Shown: positions 26,840 to 38,858 of the stretch, one piece after another
How positions within the stretch are numbered: position 1 is the first letter of the stretch
Layout of the letters: every line of letters starts with the position of its first letter
DNA from: Octopus bimaculoides
Lineage: Eukaryota
DNA: 64,000 nt
Assembly (NCBI RefSeq): GCF_001194135.2
Contig: NC_068989.1
Span: 4,422,319-4,486,318, forward strand
Reading direction: 5' to 3'
Made by a program: the position numbers and the translations under genes
The notes under the pieces: generated by a model
What the model was told of the DNA's origin: nothing
Database searches by the model: none
What the model saw: only the letters and a program-made list of their open reading frames with translations

Positions 26840-27578
26840 AGGAGGAGGAGTACAAGGCTACATATTTGCATTATAGGTGTATCGACACAGGTCCTTGGTT
26901 GCAACAGGATAAAAAGCATCAACTTTCATTTGTAGAACAGTGGGAGAAAAGCTTCAACTTCAGCAGGATTTGATCTTACAGTATAGTGGGCTAAAAATTT
27001 TACCGAAATCATTGTTGCTTTTTATCACATTGAGGTCAGCAACAATTATAAAACAGTATTAGTTCTCGTGAATCGAAATCAGTGTTGCGTAGCATAAAAT
27101 AATGAGTTTGATCAGGTTGTGACGCCCTCACCTCATACCTGCTGTAAATAGGTCAGAGAACCAAGAAAAGCTGTAATATATTTTAATCCAGCAACAGACA
27201 CGCAGCTCAACCGATATCTTTTTCTTTTTATTTAAAATCAAGCGATATTTGCTTCGTTTTATTAAAGCAGAAACAAACAATGGAAAAATTATATTGAAAC
27301 AAAAACAAAAAAGAAATTATCCTTTTCCTAAACAGGATTAGATTTTTTAAATCGTTTGTTCCCAAACATGGTCATGTACAACGTGTGTGCGAGATAAGGT
27401 TTTGTTGGAAACCAAATAAGAAGTATGAGGAGGAAGGCACCATGCTGATAACGTATTAGAAAGAATGAATTATAAACGCAAACACGATTGCATGGTTGTT
27501 AAAGCGAGAAATATCAAACTAAACTGTTTAACAATTGCCAGCAAGTCCTGCAGCTGTTCGTCATTTTTTGCAAAGAGC

Positions 27579-27584
<6 letters not shown>

Positions 27585-27609
<25 letters not shown>

Positions 27610-28230
27610 AGCATTTAGCAGCTTCGAGCAAATTTTTACTGCATCTCCTGCTATATCTCCATGTTGCTGGGATGTGTGCAGGCTTCTGTGTTCTTTTTTG
27701 TTGCTGGGAGTGTGCAAACTCTTCCCGGTATTGTATTGTCTGTTTCTTTTTTTATTCACTTTCTTTAGGTTTGGTGCAGTCTTTTGTTGTGTTAGTGCTT
27801 GTATTGTGTGTTGTAATTTCTTGGGTAACTGGTTTGCTGGTGGTAGTTTATTTTATTGTATATATGCTGTTTAGAGCGTGTCTTGCGTTTGAGGATTATT
27901 TTGTTTAGGTTGTGCTATTGAATTGATAGCGCCTTGCGTAGGATGTGGACTGTTTCTAGTAGCTATAGTATGTAGGGTTGAGGAACCACATAGCTTCTAC
28001 ATTTTTGTTCATGTTTTATTTTTATCATGCCGAATTCTCCAGTTATTAATGTTGTTGTTTCCACTTTCATGCCCCACATCTTGAATACTTTGACAATTTC
28101 CCCACTTCTTTTTAGCCAATATTTTGGTCAGGAGGTACTGCAACGTCGATTAGTAAGCAGGTGGCTCTTTTTCCAATCCTTGATTATTGTCTGGACGATT
28201 ATTTTTTATTTACAACTGCAGTTTGTATGT
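27585..28230 (-). mobile_element. R4/Dong-like LINE 3' fragment with (AAT)n tail
   Basis: Relics NRPD...CLLIDVAVPPDQNI...KMWGMKVET...TVHILRKALSIQ*. (ATT)n run at 27585-27610. Confidence 0.75.
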
Positions 28231-28529
28231 CTAGATATATGCATGGCTTTATATGTGTAGATGCATGTGTGTACGCAGGTGGAGTCGTATGCCTTTGGAT
28301 GCGCGCGTCCTTGGGCACTCAGTCCATATAAAGGACTGGCTACACACAATATGCACGCTTGGTCATGGCATGTAAACATTTGATGGTGAGAGCGCGGGTG
28401 CACGCGTGAGTATATGCATACGTCCGCACGCGTATATACGAATGTTGATACTACGAGCGCTAAGTGTGTTTGCATGTATGTGCGTATGCGTGATGTAACA
28501 TTGACTAACAGTAGCAGCGCCATCTATCC

Positions 28530-28800
28530 GCCAAGAAAGCCTCCCAAAAGTCTCCTCTGTGTTATTTTCGAGTTGAGTAGGGTTAGCTGGACATGAACAC
28601 CGACATTCAGAGTTGAGACTGCACTTAGTGCTCCCTTGGGAGCCCCTACATTGACACACTAGAAGGAGACCGAGAATGGCATATGTTGATGCCCTAAGGA
28701 CAAACAAACACTGGTCTCGGGGAGACGCAAGACATAGCATCAAAATTAATAGACAAGGTCTGCTGAAGAGAACTCGTCCATGGATCGCGGGAATTTTACC
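28530..28800 (+). mobile_element. RTE-like LINE 3' end fragment
   Basis: LAGHEHRHSEL..LVLPWEPLH...RRRPRMAYVDALR resembles LAGH..RH.EL...LVLW.P.HG...GRP..TY.D.L. Confidence 0.7.
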
Positions 28801-29213
28801 CGCCCAACATACATACATACATACATACATACATACATACATACATACATGTGTGTGTGTGTGTGTGTGTGCGTGTGCGTGTAAATAATAACAAAATGGG
28901 AAATATTGAAGTTAATAGGAGTTTATTATAAGCAACAAATCGATCATTATCCCTTACAGCTGTTTCAATTCAGCGGATAGAAATTTATTAAAAATTAAAA
29001 TCGTATCTCTGAGCATAATCTCATCAGGTGGAGAATAAAAAGATACCCTTAGATATTTTGTATGCTTGTTTGTAGGCTCTACATGGCAGACGTGTCTATA
29101 TATATATATATATATATATAAATATTCTATTATATATCTAATATATATATATTCCCTTACATATTTAAATCATTTATATAGATATACATATACCCTTATA
29201 CATCTAAATCATT

Positions 29214-29253
<40 letters not shown>

Positions 29254-29263
29254 NNNNNNNNNN

Positions 29264-29302
<39 letters not shown>

Positions 29303-29427
29303 CTTATACATCTCAATCATTTATATATATATATATATATACACATATATATATAATGTACTGTTCTATGATAGAAGATTCAACAAAAAATTACTCCCCC
29401 CGGTGAGAGATAAGTACTATTACTTAA

Positions 29428-29530
29428 AGGCCACAGTACATGCATTTAAGCGCTTCTGATAGTTTGATATATTTGAGTATTTCTCGACGTATAAAACTAT
29501 TAGTACACTTAAATGCATGTACTGTGTCCT
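29428..29530. mobile_element. 103-bp MITE with TTAA flanks and AGG termini (T2/Kolobok-like)
   Basis: TTAA at 29424-29427 and 29531-29534. TIR aggccacagtacatgcatttaag vs aggacacagtacatgcatttaag, 22/23. Confidence 0.8.
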
Positions 29531-29749
29531 TTAAATAATAATAGGTATCTCTCTCTCTCTATATATATATATATATTATTAATATTAATATTATAAGGCT
29601 CGTCAAAAGACAGAGGACTCGTGAGTAGTAAACGGACGTCCAATTATATGTATATAATGATTATATATTTACATTTTTATATACTTTTTATGATAGAGCT
29701 CGAAATAGATAGAGCTATAAATAATAACTTGGGTTAAAAACCCCTGGAT

Positions 29750-29900
29750 TGAGAAAGTCAAAGGCTTTTTGTAGGACTCAAACCCTCATTTCCTCTAAAC
29801 ATGACAGGCTATAGACTATAGAATGTAGATAACTTGAAAAAGGAATTGGACATTCTCCTATCCTCGATTCCAGACGAGCCAACGGTCTCGGTAGGAAATA
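29750..29900 (+). mobile_element. CR1/L2-like LINE 3' fragment
   Basis: NVDNLKKELDILLSSIPDEP resembles the FK..LD..L..VPDEP terminus. Confidence 0.5.
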
Positions 29901-30468
29901 CAGACAAAGGAAACGGTGTCAAACTGCCATACACCTAAAGATACAACCATTAGGTACAAAGCACATGGAAAAGTTAATATGAAATCCCACCCACCTCAGT
30001 AGAAACCCGCCATAGAAGAGGTCTGTGGAAAGAGTACAAATTTAAAATGATGCTCCAGCATGATCGCAACTGCATCTCTAAAACGTATAAAAGAATAGCA
30101 GAATATGTATAATTTATGTGTTTGCCTGAAAATTGAAGGAAGCATGCGAGAATGTGCTTACAAATTTGGTTTCGTAGTCGTAAGCTCCCGGTGTACTAAA
30201 AGGTGTCGTTTTAAAATACCTTATTTGGTCTTCCAACAAATAAAGATCTATAAAATAAATACCTGACTAGAACAAGTAATAATGTTGATGTGATCGACAA
30301 TAACGCTTGGAGACAGTGCACCAGAATGGGCGCAGCCCAGGGTGTTGCCACTTCGTTTTAGAATAGCTTTTATTTATTTTAAAATTTCGTACCATTTTTT
30401 TCCCAAGATATTTTCTTTTGTCTTTTTATCTTTTTTTATATTTTGTTTTATTTGATTTATTTTTCACT

Positions 30469-30914
30469 TCAGTCTATTATAGCAGCGAGCTTTTCGTCTT
30501 TTGCAATTATCCATTCGGGTTGCTTCGAGTGTCTGTTTGATTTGCGTATAAAACGTTCGATAGTGTCTTGGGTTCGATGTATCGTCATTCCAATCAGTTG
30601 AACGACGAGCGAAATCCCGAACAGAGAGCCATTGATTAAACCAAATAAATTTAACTTAGACTTTTCGCTTGTAATGTTTGTGAAGAGGTATCCAAGGATG
30701 ATCATCCAGATCGTATTACACATCAAAAATACGAAAGCACTTTTGACGCGCAACTTCCGGAGTTTTTCAGCGATTTCCGACTTTGGTGCACCCGTCCTTA
30801 CCTTTGCACCAATAACGAAATCATGTAGAAACTTCCAGAATTTGTATTCGACTTCATCTTCATGCTTATCAAAGAGGTTAAAGCTATGAGTGGAAGAATT
30901 CATACTTGCGGAAA
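30469..30914 (-). CDS. CHS: Chitin synthase segment B, last coding exon (C-terminal TM helices, stop)
   Basis: ttttatttcag acceptor, phase 1. ...EDEVEYKFWKFLHDF...EIAEKLRKLRVKSAFVFLMCNTIWMII...LVVQLIGMTIHR... ends at TGA 30469-30471. Matches the animal CHS pattern E..FW / L..LR.K..F.F.M.N / IQF.AM..HR. Confidence 0.95.
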
Positions 30915-31452
30915 CTGAAATAAAAGAAAATAAATAAATAAGTAAATAAAAAAGATATTGTGCAGAAGTGGTCTTTAGAAGTTTCATTTCCAGCCACATT
31001 GTTTTAGGTTCAGTCCCACTGTGTGGCACCTTGAGTACGTGTTTTCTGTTATACTACTAAAGCATTGGGCCGACCAAAAGTCTTGTGAATAGATTTGGTA
31101 GACTGAAAACGAAAGAAGAACGTTGTGTCTGTGTGTGTGTTCCCACCTCCGCTTGACTACAGATGGTTTGTTAACCTCCCCGTAAAGAAAAGTCCTGGTG
31201 TCAATGTATTCGACTAAGCCTTACAAGGTGGTGCCCCACCATGGCCGCAGTCTAAAAGGTTAAAGAAATTGAAGAAAGAAAAATATAACAACTAGAAGAA
31301 ATGAATTATTTCTTCTATTGTGAGTTGCAGCCATTGGATTGAAGCAAAGCCGCCGAGAGAGAGAGCTTCTTATAGTTTCTGTTTGCCTTGTGGCAACATC
31401 GTAAAGATGAAATGTGAAAGAATAGGAAGGAAGCAAACATGGATTAACTTAC

Positions 31453-31540
31453 TTTTATCCTTCCTTTTCTTCTTTATCTTCTTTTTTCGACGTTTACGGA
31501 TTTGGGGGAAACAAACCAGTTTCGGAACGGAAGCTTTGTT
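31453..31540 (-). CDS. CHS: Chitin synthase segment B, polybasic 88-nt exon
   Basis: tatttgcag acceptor, a|gtaagt donor, phase 0 to 1, which is exactly the phase change needed between 34159 and 30914. NKASVPKLVCFPQIRKRRKKKIKKKRKDK. Confidence 0.85.
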
Positions 31541-32944
31541 CTGCAAATAAATAAATATATAAATAAAAAGTAAAGCCCGTTTTCTTTTTATCTTTTATTT
31601 GTTTCAATCATTCGACTGCGGCTATACTGGAGCATTTTTTCAAGGATTTTGTCGAACAGAACAAGTTGATATATTTATTATCGAGTCTTTGGACGAACCA
31701 GAAATCACAGGGACGTTACCAAATCCAGTTGTCACACACAGACGCACACACACTCACACACGCACGCGCACACACACACACACACACACACACAACGAGC
31801 TTTCATGAGTTTCCTTCTTTTAAATTCCCTCACAAGTGATTGATCAGTCTGGGGCAAAAAGTAGAAGATACTTGCCCAAGGTGTTACGTGGTATCAATGA
31901 GCTGTTCTAGAGTCAAACGTATTCCAACCGTGACCTCTTAGTCTGTTAAGGGTCGTCTAATATAAGCATCACTGACATTTTCCCTTACTTTGTTTTTGTT
32001 TTATATTTTAAAATGGTAGGATGCAATCTGTAGGGATGTTGGTTACTATTTCTAGCAGGTTGCTTGACTATGTAGAATCTATCGGTGGCTTCATCTGCAT
32101 CTCTAGATATTTCTTTTCAGAAGCGTAAAGGCAGCAAGCAGCTGTATTTATAGTCTTAGAAATTATGAAACACAATTCTTCAAGGCCCAAAGAAAACAAT
32201 TCTCAAAGTGAATTGTTTTGTATCGAAATGAGACGACTGGATGCGATTGTTTGGTACGGCTGATTGTACTTTCAGCCTGTTTTTGCGACAGTACTTTTTG
32301 ACACTGGAGGCAAATTTATGCACACATCCACGCGCAGAAATATTCACATGCAGAGAGAGGAGGGAAGTGGATCAAGGACATTACACATACATGTAAGCTT
32401 AATATGATGTTCACGAAGAGAGAGAGAGGAAAGAGAGAAAGAGAGAGAGAGATAAGAGGGAGGGTGGGAGAGAGACGGATTGGACCATTTGATGTCAAAT
32501 ATGTCAGCTCCACATCAGCGATGCCATAAAGGCAGCGCCCAAAAGGCTGAGCCAAAACGCCTCACCCCCAGCTTGTATTGTCGCATTATGTAATATTTAG
32601 TGCTCTTTCTCTTGAGTCTAACGGATATTAACTGGTCACTAGAAGTGGCAATGCTGCCAATAAAAGACGTATCACCGAAAATGCATTCTGAGACTCATGT
32701 ATACGTATTGAAACGCATGCACCACCCGAGCGTCAAACTAATACGCTTGCTTGTTGTTCATACACGAATGTAACAATGTTGACCCTTTTTGAAATACAGG
32801 TACAACTCATTTTGCTAGCAGAGTAAAATAAGATACAGCAATATGAAATAAGTTTCTTGCTCAAGGACACAACGTAACTGCCGGAATCAAACTCATGACC
32901 TTACATTCTTGAGCCGAATACTTAACCACTTGTCGACTCGACCA

Positions 32945-33668
32945 CACGGAATAGTAGGGTCAGTTGGGCACCGCCTGTGGAAATGACATATTGTACTGCG
33001 TGGAAGTCGTGCCGGACGCTCCAATACCAACATTTCAGAGATTTAGAGTGTCAATCTGAGTGTTTGCCGTGTACTCAAAACATGTACTGAGAGTGATAAA
33101 AATCAAACATCCAATCACCATCATGGTATTTGGTGTGATCACTAGTGATGGTGATGTTATGCCTCAATTAATCTTCCCACACGGACTCACACAACATGGA
33201 GGAAATAGTGCTGCCCTGGAGCAAGAGGGTGGCTGCTGGAAGACCTTATATCTGGCAACAGGACTCCGCACCATGCCACACTAAAACGAAGACCCAGTCA
33301 TGACCGTCAATCGATTTCTGCGACCACGTCACCCCTAACATCTGGCCACCTAACTCCCCAGACTGCAACCCCCTTGATTATTATGTGTGGGGTGCAGTTG
33401 GGCGAGAGACCAACAAACCTTCTTGTAACACCAAAGATGAACTGAAGGCAAGGATTTACCAACTTAAACAAGGAGAATGTCCAGAAGGGTTGCAGGAGAT
33501 TCTGAAATCTGGAGGCGGTGGTTGAAGCCAACAGTGATTTTATTGAATGTCTTTACTCTTTAGTATATCAAGAAATTTTTATGTAATTTTGGCAAGTATA
33601 TGTTAAAGTTAGACGTCAGTGTTATTTCCATTTTTGCGTAATTTAGACGATAATTCATTCACCAGTAT
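32945..33668 (+). mobile_element. Internally deleted Tc1/mariner (maT-like) transposon, second copy
   Basis: IKHPITIMVFGVITSDGDVMP...GRPYIWQQDSAPCH...WPPNSPDCNPLDYYVWG. Its 3' UTR is nearly identical to that of 19775-20476. Confidence 0.85.
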
Positions 33669-33889
33669 ATATGCGCGCGCGCGTACGCGGGCGTGTGTGT
33701 GTTTTCACTTTCACCTACCACCGCTTGTTAACCGGTGTTGGTTTCTTTTTGTCCCCGTCTCTTCGGCCATGATAGAATAAATACCAAATTTAATAAGTAA
33801 TAGGGTGGAACTACAAGTAAAACATTTCCAGACTGATGCCCCTGCATGGTAGCAGTACAATGACTGAGATAATTTAAACATTGGTTTGC

Positions 33890-34095
33890 AAATTTTGGCA
33901 CAAGGCCAGCAACTTGGGGGAGGGTGTAAGTAGATTACATCGACCCCAGTGCATAACTGGTACTTATTTTATCGACTCAGAAATGGATGAAATGCAAAGT
34001 CAGCCTTGACGGAATTTGAACTCACAACATAAAGACGATCGAATGTTGCTAAGCATTTTTCCCGGCATGCTTACCACTCTGCCAGCTCGCCACTA
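33890..34095 (-). mobile_element. CORE-type SINE (tail A)
   Basis: Same head and core as 2536-2776 with a different tail. Further copies at about 34853-35070(+), 40480-40560(-), 42400-42620(-), 47357-47560(+), 47760-47990(+), 55155-55365(+), 55745-55875(+). Confidence 0.82.
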
Positions 34096-34158
34096 ATGAG
34101 ACAAGTAAAAGATGAAACTCTCGAAACATTTCGAACGATTTCAAATAAATATACTCAC

Positions 34159-34370
34159 GCCATCCCTTGTCCCCCAGCTTTGATCTACAATGTTGCTGAT
34201 GGCATATGCTGGAATCAAAATATTCATGGTTGGAACCATGAACATGGAGAAAAATCCAAGACATATCATCCAGCACTCGTGTGGATGTAAAATGGCGGCA
34301 TAGACAACACAGATCGGGAGTACGATTAACATATAATCATCTTCAAACTCCAGGGTGCCCTCTTTCTCGT
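34159..34370 (-). CDS. CHS: Chitin synthase segment B, exon with WGTRD motif
   Basis: tcttttgcag acceptor, ggc|gtgagt donor. (D)EKEGTLEFEDDYMLIVLPICVVYAAILHPHECWMICLGFFSMFMVPTMNILIPAYAISNIVDQSWGTRDG matches the CHS LHPQE...SWGTRE region. Confidence 0.95.
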
Positions 34371-34409
34371 CTGCAAAAGACAGAAATCAATATTTAGTTG
34401 TTGTTGTTG

Positions 34410-34441
<32 letters not shown>

Positions 34442-35559
34442 TCCTCCGTAAGTTTCCTGAGTATAACTTATTATTATTACCCTCACCTTTGAAATTATTT
34501 TGAATGGTGAATTTGTTAACTTTGGCTTGTGAGGATAAACTATTTATTTCTGTTACTAAATTTTCTGAAACCAATTTCACATTCCATGTCTACCCTTGGG
34601 ATCGATCGGGTGCTGGACAAGGATTCTGCATTATTTTTCCGTTTTTTTTTTGTTTTCTTTTTTTTACTTAATTTTTGAGACCCTAACCCTAATTTTAATA
34701 TTCTCGTTTGTGAAAACAGTCGAGTTTATTTCAGATATTCCCATTTTAAAAATCATCTCTGACTAATCGTTGAGAGGACGTTGGTGTTACCTTGGCGGAG
34801 GTTTACACTGTCTGAGTACTCTCATTATTATTATTATTATTATTATTATTTAGGCAGCGAGCTGAGAGAATTGTTAGTGCGCTGGACGAAATGCTTAGCG
34901 TTATTACGCCTGTTGCTACATTCTGAGTTGAAATTCCACCGAGGTCGACTTTGCCTTTCATCCTTTCGGGGTCGATAAAATAAGTACCAGTTGAACACTA
35001 GGGTCGATGTAATCGACTAGCCCCCTTCCCTAAAACTTTCAAAGCCTTGTGCCTAGAGTAGAAATTTTTATTATTATTGAAATGGTGAGCTAGCAGAATC
35101 GTCAGTTCCTGAGATCGTCAGCGATATTTGTTGCTCTTATTCGCGCTCTGAGTTCAAATCCCGACATAGCCTTTCATCTTGGGTCAATTTACTCAGGTTG
35201 CTCCCTCCCCACGAAGCTCCTGGCCTTGAACTCTGCAACTTATCGGCGTCCGGCTCAGGAAGAACGCTGTTATCTTTGTAGAAACTACCATGGAAACTGA
35301 GTAACTGGTCTTATGAGACGTCGAGCTCGAGCTATCAGAAATAGCAGTCAAATCTCATTTTAAAAAATCAAACCTTACTATATTAGAAAACTTCATTTCG
35401 GCTACAGTAGGACATATATGGTACAGGTAGAACACTGAATTTCCAAAAGCTCTTATAATGTGCACAAAATTAAGACCAGGCACTTCAAATACTGCCGCCA
35501 GATTAGTTTACTAAGCGACCCTTTTTCACAGTACAGAATTAATAAAGTTGTGTGCAGGC

Positions 35560-35870
35560 GCATGGCTGAGTTAGAGTAATGGCAACAAGGCTGTAAGGTG
35601 ATGGGTTCGATATCCGGTGATGTATTGTGTTCTTGTGCAAAACACTTCATTCCACGTTGCCCCAATTCACTCAGCTGACAAAAATGGGTAGTATTTGTAC
35701 TTCATAGAGCCGGCCTCGTCACATTGTGTCACACTGAATCTTCTTGAGAACTACGTCAAGGGTACACGTGTCCGTGGAGTGCTCAGCCACTTACAGATTA
35801 ATTTCTTGAACAGGTCATTCTGTTAATCGGCTCAACTGGGACCCTCGACGTCGTAACCGACAGAGTACCT
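35560..35870 (+). mobile_element. tRNA-derived SINE (head 3 + tail N)
   Basis: Body ttgtgcaaaacacttcattccacg as in 12378; tail gtggagtgctcagccactt...ccctcgacgtcgtaac as in 8814. Confidence 0.75.
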
Positions 35871-35921
35871 GTCTAGTTTATACTAATGTAGAAATTACTG
35901 TATTTCTGCAGAACATAAATT

Positions 35922-36350
35922 CTTTTCTACTCTAGGCACAAGGCCTGAAATTTTGGGGGAGGGGGCCAGTCGGTAAGATCGATCCCAGTACGCATCTGGT
36001 ACTTAATTTATCGACCTCGAAAGGATGAAAGGCAAAGTCGATCTGGGTGGAATTTGAACTCAGAACGTAAAGACAGACGAAATACCGTTAAGCATTTCGC
36101 CTGGCGTGCTAACGTTTCTTATTTCTTTATTGCCCACAAGGGGCTAAACATAGAGGGGACAAACAAGGACAGACAAAGGGATTAAGTCGATTACATCGAC
36201 CCTAGTGCGTAATTGGTACTTAATTTTTCGACATCGAAAGGGTAAAAGGCAAAGTCGACCTCGGCTGAATTTGAACTTAGAACGTAACGGCAGACGAAAT
36301 ACCACTAAGCATTTCGCCCGGCGTGCTAACGTTTCTGCCAGCTCGCCACC
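35922..36350 (-). mobile_element. Head-to-tail CORE-SINE dimer (tail A copy + tail B copy)
   Basis: Two cores in the same orientation. cagaacataaatt is duplicated at 35909-35921 and 36356-36368. Confidence 0.85.
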
Positions 36351-36940
36351 TTCTACAGAACATAAATTACAGTAAATAGACATTGCAAACACTAAAGTTC
36401 ACGTTTGAGGTTACTGGCAATGCCAAACTATAGCCACAAATAACGGCATTTTTCTCTAATGTTTGCACTTATGGTTTTTTAGCACTCTGTTTTTGAAGCT
36501 GGGGCATCAGTGAGTTATTTGAAACTGTTCTACATTGATTCCAATTTGCTGGAAATAATTGGTTCTGTGCATGGAGGAGAAATTTATCCATTCCATACTT
36601 ATCTCAAGAGCCATTGCAAAAAAATATAAAAGTTGCTGATTAATTGAGACAAATAATGAAATAACATGCGACACCCAACCATAACACTATTCTATTATAG
36701 CATGTTTGTAGTGATAAAAAAAAATATAAATTTTGGTTTTGCTTTAAATCAAGAATTAATTTAGAATCGGGTTGAATTTGGAGTTGTGTGGTCCATGCTT
36801 CATCAAAGTGTAGCAACAAGGTAAGCAATAGGGAATCACCAAAGCAATGAATAGACTCAACGGTAACTAACCAATAAGTCTACACTCACAAGAGAGAGAC
36901 AGAGAGACAGACAAAGAGACACATATAAGTTACAACTGAC

Positions 36941-37171
36941 CTTTGATAATGTCTTTGACAACTAAGACGGTAATACCTATGAAGACGCATGAAATGGCAA
37001 TGCCAAATAACAATATTAAGACGGTTGTGATATAGGCTTGAGTCTTCGTCGAAACAAACATACAGCTGATCATATAACCTAAAAGTGTCATACAAACTAA
37101 GACTGTAGGCGCCACAAATGTAATTTCGAATAGCAAGTCTAACCCAGCTGTAATTAGCATTATGGTGGAAC
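36941..37171 (-). CDS. CHS: Chitin synthase segment B, TM exon
   Basis: tctttgcag acceptor, g|gtcagt donor, phase 1 to 1. (G)STIMLITAGLDLLFEITFVAPTVLVCMTLLGYMISCMFVSTKTQAYITTVLILLFGIAISCVFIGITVLVVKDIIK. Confidence 0.92.
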
Positions 37172-38049
37172 CTGCAAAGAAATAAGAAAGACAAATTTAA
37201 TATATGTAATTGTGTGGCATGGAATTTTACTGACAATTGTCTGCAATTTAGAGTAGAAAATAATATTATTATTGTTCAGACGTTGATAAAGTAGGTTCAT
37301 ATGAACTGATAATGTGCGTAGATGAGGAATTATCTATGGGTATACGGAATGCCATGAAACACACATCAAGAGCCTGAGGGACGGATGTCAACTTGCAAAG
37401 TAGAGTGGATTTAATGGTAAAACAACACCATTAATTATTGGTTCATCTGCCGGTTTTATGCTCCAAAATAATGTATAACAAATTTCAGCTTTTAATTCAC
37501 TTGTGTCTGGAAGTCTGGCTTCACTTAGAATAGCAGCATCAATATTATGTGAGTCGATTACCTTTGAAATTAGTGATGTTTTTCATGTTTGTTGTCTTGT
37601 AAAGTACTTACATTCCAACAACGAAAGATTAACATGTTTCTTTTATTTTCCTTATCTTTATTTCGACTGCAATAAACTGGATGGCTAGACATTTGCAGTT
37701 AATGCCAAGTTTATTGAAGGCGACACATTTCTTAGAATTCCTTTTCTCCGATATTGTAGAAGCAGTGATACAACTAGATAAGACTGCTTGCCACACGACT
37801 CTTGCAGGTGCTTTCGAATTCTACAGTGCGATGACTATCACGCTCTGTGCTGCCTGTGTGTGGGACTCTGGCTAGGAAGTTCCAGCAACACCCTTTGCCA
37901 GTTCCCGTCACCATATTCCATCGCTATAAGGCTTTTAACTTCAAACTATTTCGGCAATGAATTTGTTTTAAGCGGTACAGGCGTGTGTGTGTGTGTGTGT
38001 GTTTCGTCCAAATAACCTAAATTCTGGTTCGTATTAATATCACGTGAGG

Positions 38050-38490
38050 GCAAAGCTATCTGTATGCAGAGCTGGTGGCTCGAGAGCGCTAAAGGTAGAA
38101 TTTGCACAGGTTTCCGTAACAGATGAAGCCTTCACACCTTCCTGCTTTCATGACGATCGTTTCTATACAATGTCTATCAACCTGATACCATAAGACTTTA
38201 GACTGAAGTTCTATTCAAACCAAACCCTGAAACAGAAAAGATTCGAATGGGAGGTTTGACAATAGGCTACTCAAATGGGTCAGGTCATTTAAATATCTTG
38301 GAAGCACAGAAAATTCTAAGAGTAGTCTTGTTGACAAAGTCAATGTTAGAATATTTAAAGCTACAAGTGCTTTTGAAAAACTTTCGTATCGTTTGAGGAA
38401 TGAACCGGGTGCCAGTCTGAAAACTAAAACAAGTGCATACAAATCTTGTATTTTGAGCACACTTTTGTATAGGACAGAAGCATGGACTTA
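38050..38490 (+). mobile_element. RTE-clade LINE RT fragment (antisense, in CHS intron)
   Basis: KTEVLFKPNP...VRSFKYLGS...RIFKATSAFEKL...LKTKTSAYKSCILSTLLYRTEAWT. Confidence 0.8.
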
Positions 38491-38597
38491 GAAATAATAA
38501 GAACTTTTGTAGTTCTCTTCGAATAAAACTATTCGAGGCGATGCCCCAGCATGGCCGCAGTCCAATGACTGAAGCAAGTAAAAGAAGATATATTTAC

Positions 38598-38858
38598 CTG
38601 GAGAGATGATAACAATAAGGAACAACTGAACAAGGTAGAGGATGTAAATGACTGTAAAACAGGCATTGTGTCGCACCAGTTTGGGAAGATAACTCAAAAC
38701 TAAGAATGTATTGGCCAAATCAGATAAAATCCAGCGTCGTCGTTGTTTTAAGAACTCGTCCATTGTAGAAGGACAGAAAGTGGTGTTGAAGGCGTACGTA
38801 CAATATTTTAATTTCCAGCCTCTCATCATCATAAGAGTACACAACCATCGATCCTCGC
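38598..38858 (-). CDS. CHS: Chitin synthase segment B, catalytic exon (EDR and QRRRW)
   Basis: tttttaag acceptor, g|gtaaat donor. (G)EDRWLCTLMMMRGWKLKYCTYAFNTTFCPSTMDEFLKQRRRWILSDLAN...IVIISP carries the hallmark CHS motifs. Confidence 0.97.

Noticed and set aside
29150-29345. Short repeated unit (ccctta..cat.t.aatcatttatata) separated by variable spacers, superficially CRISPR-like
   Set aside because: The spacers are (TA)n microsatellite, the context is eukaryotic, and there are no cas genes.
34681-34692. ccctaaccctaa telomere-like motif
   Set aside because: Only two units; expected by chance.
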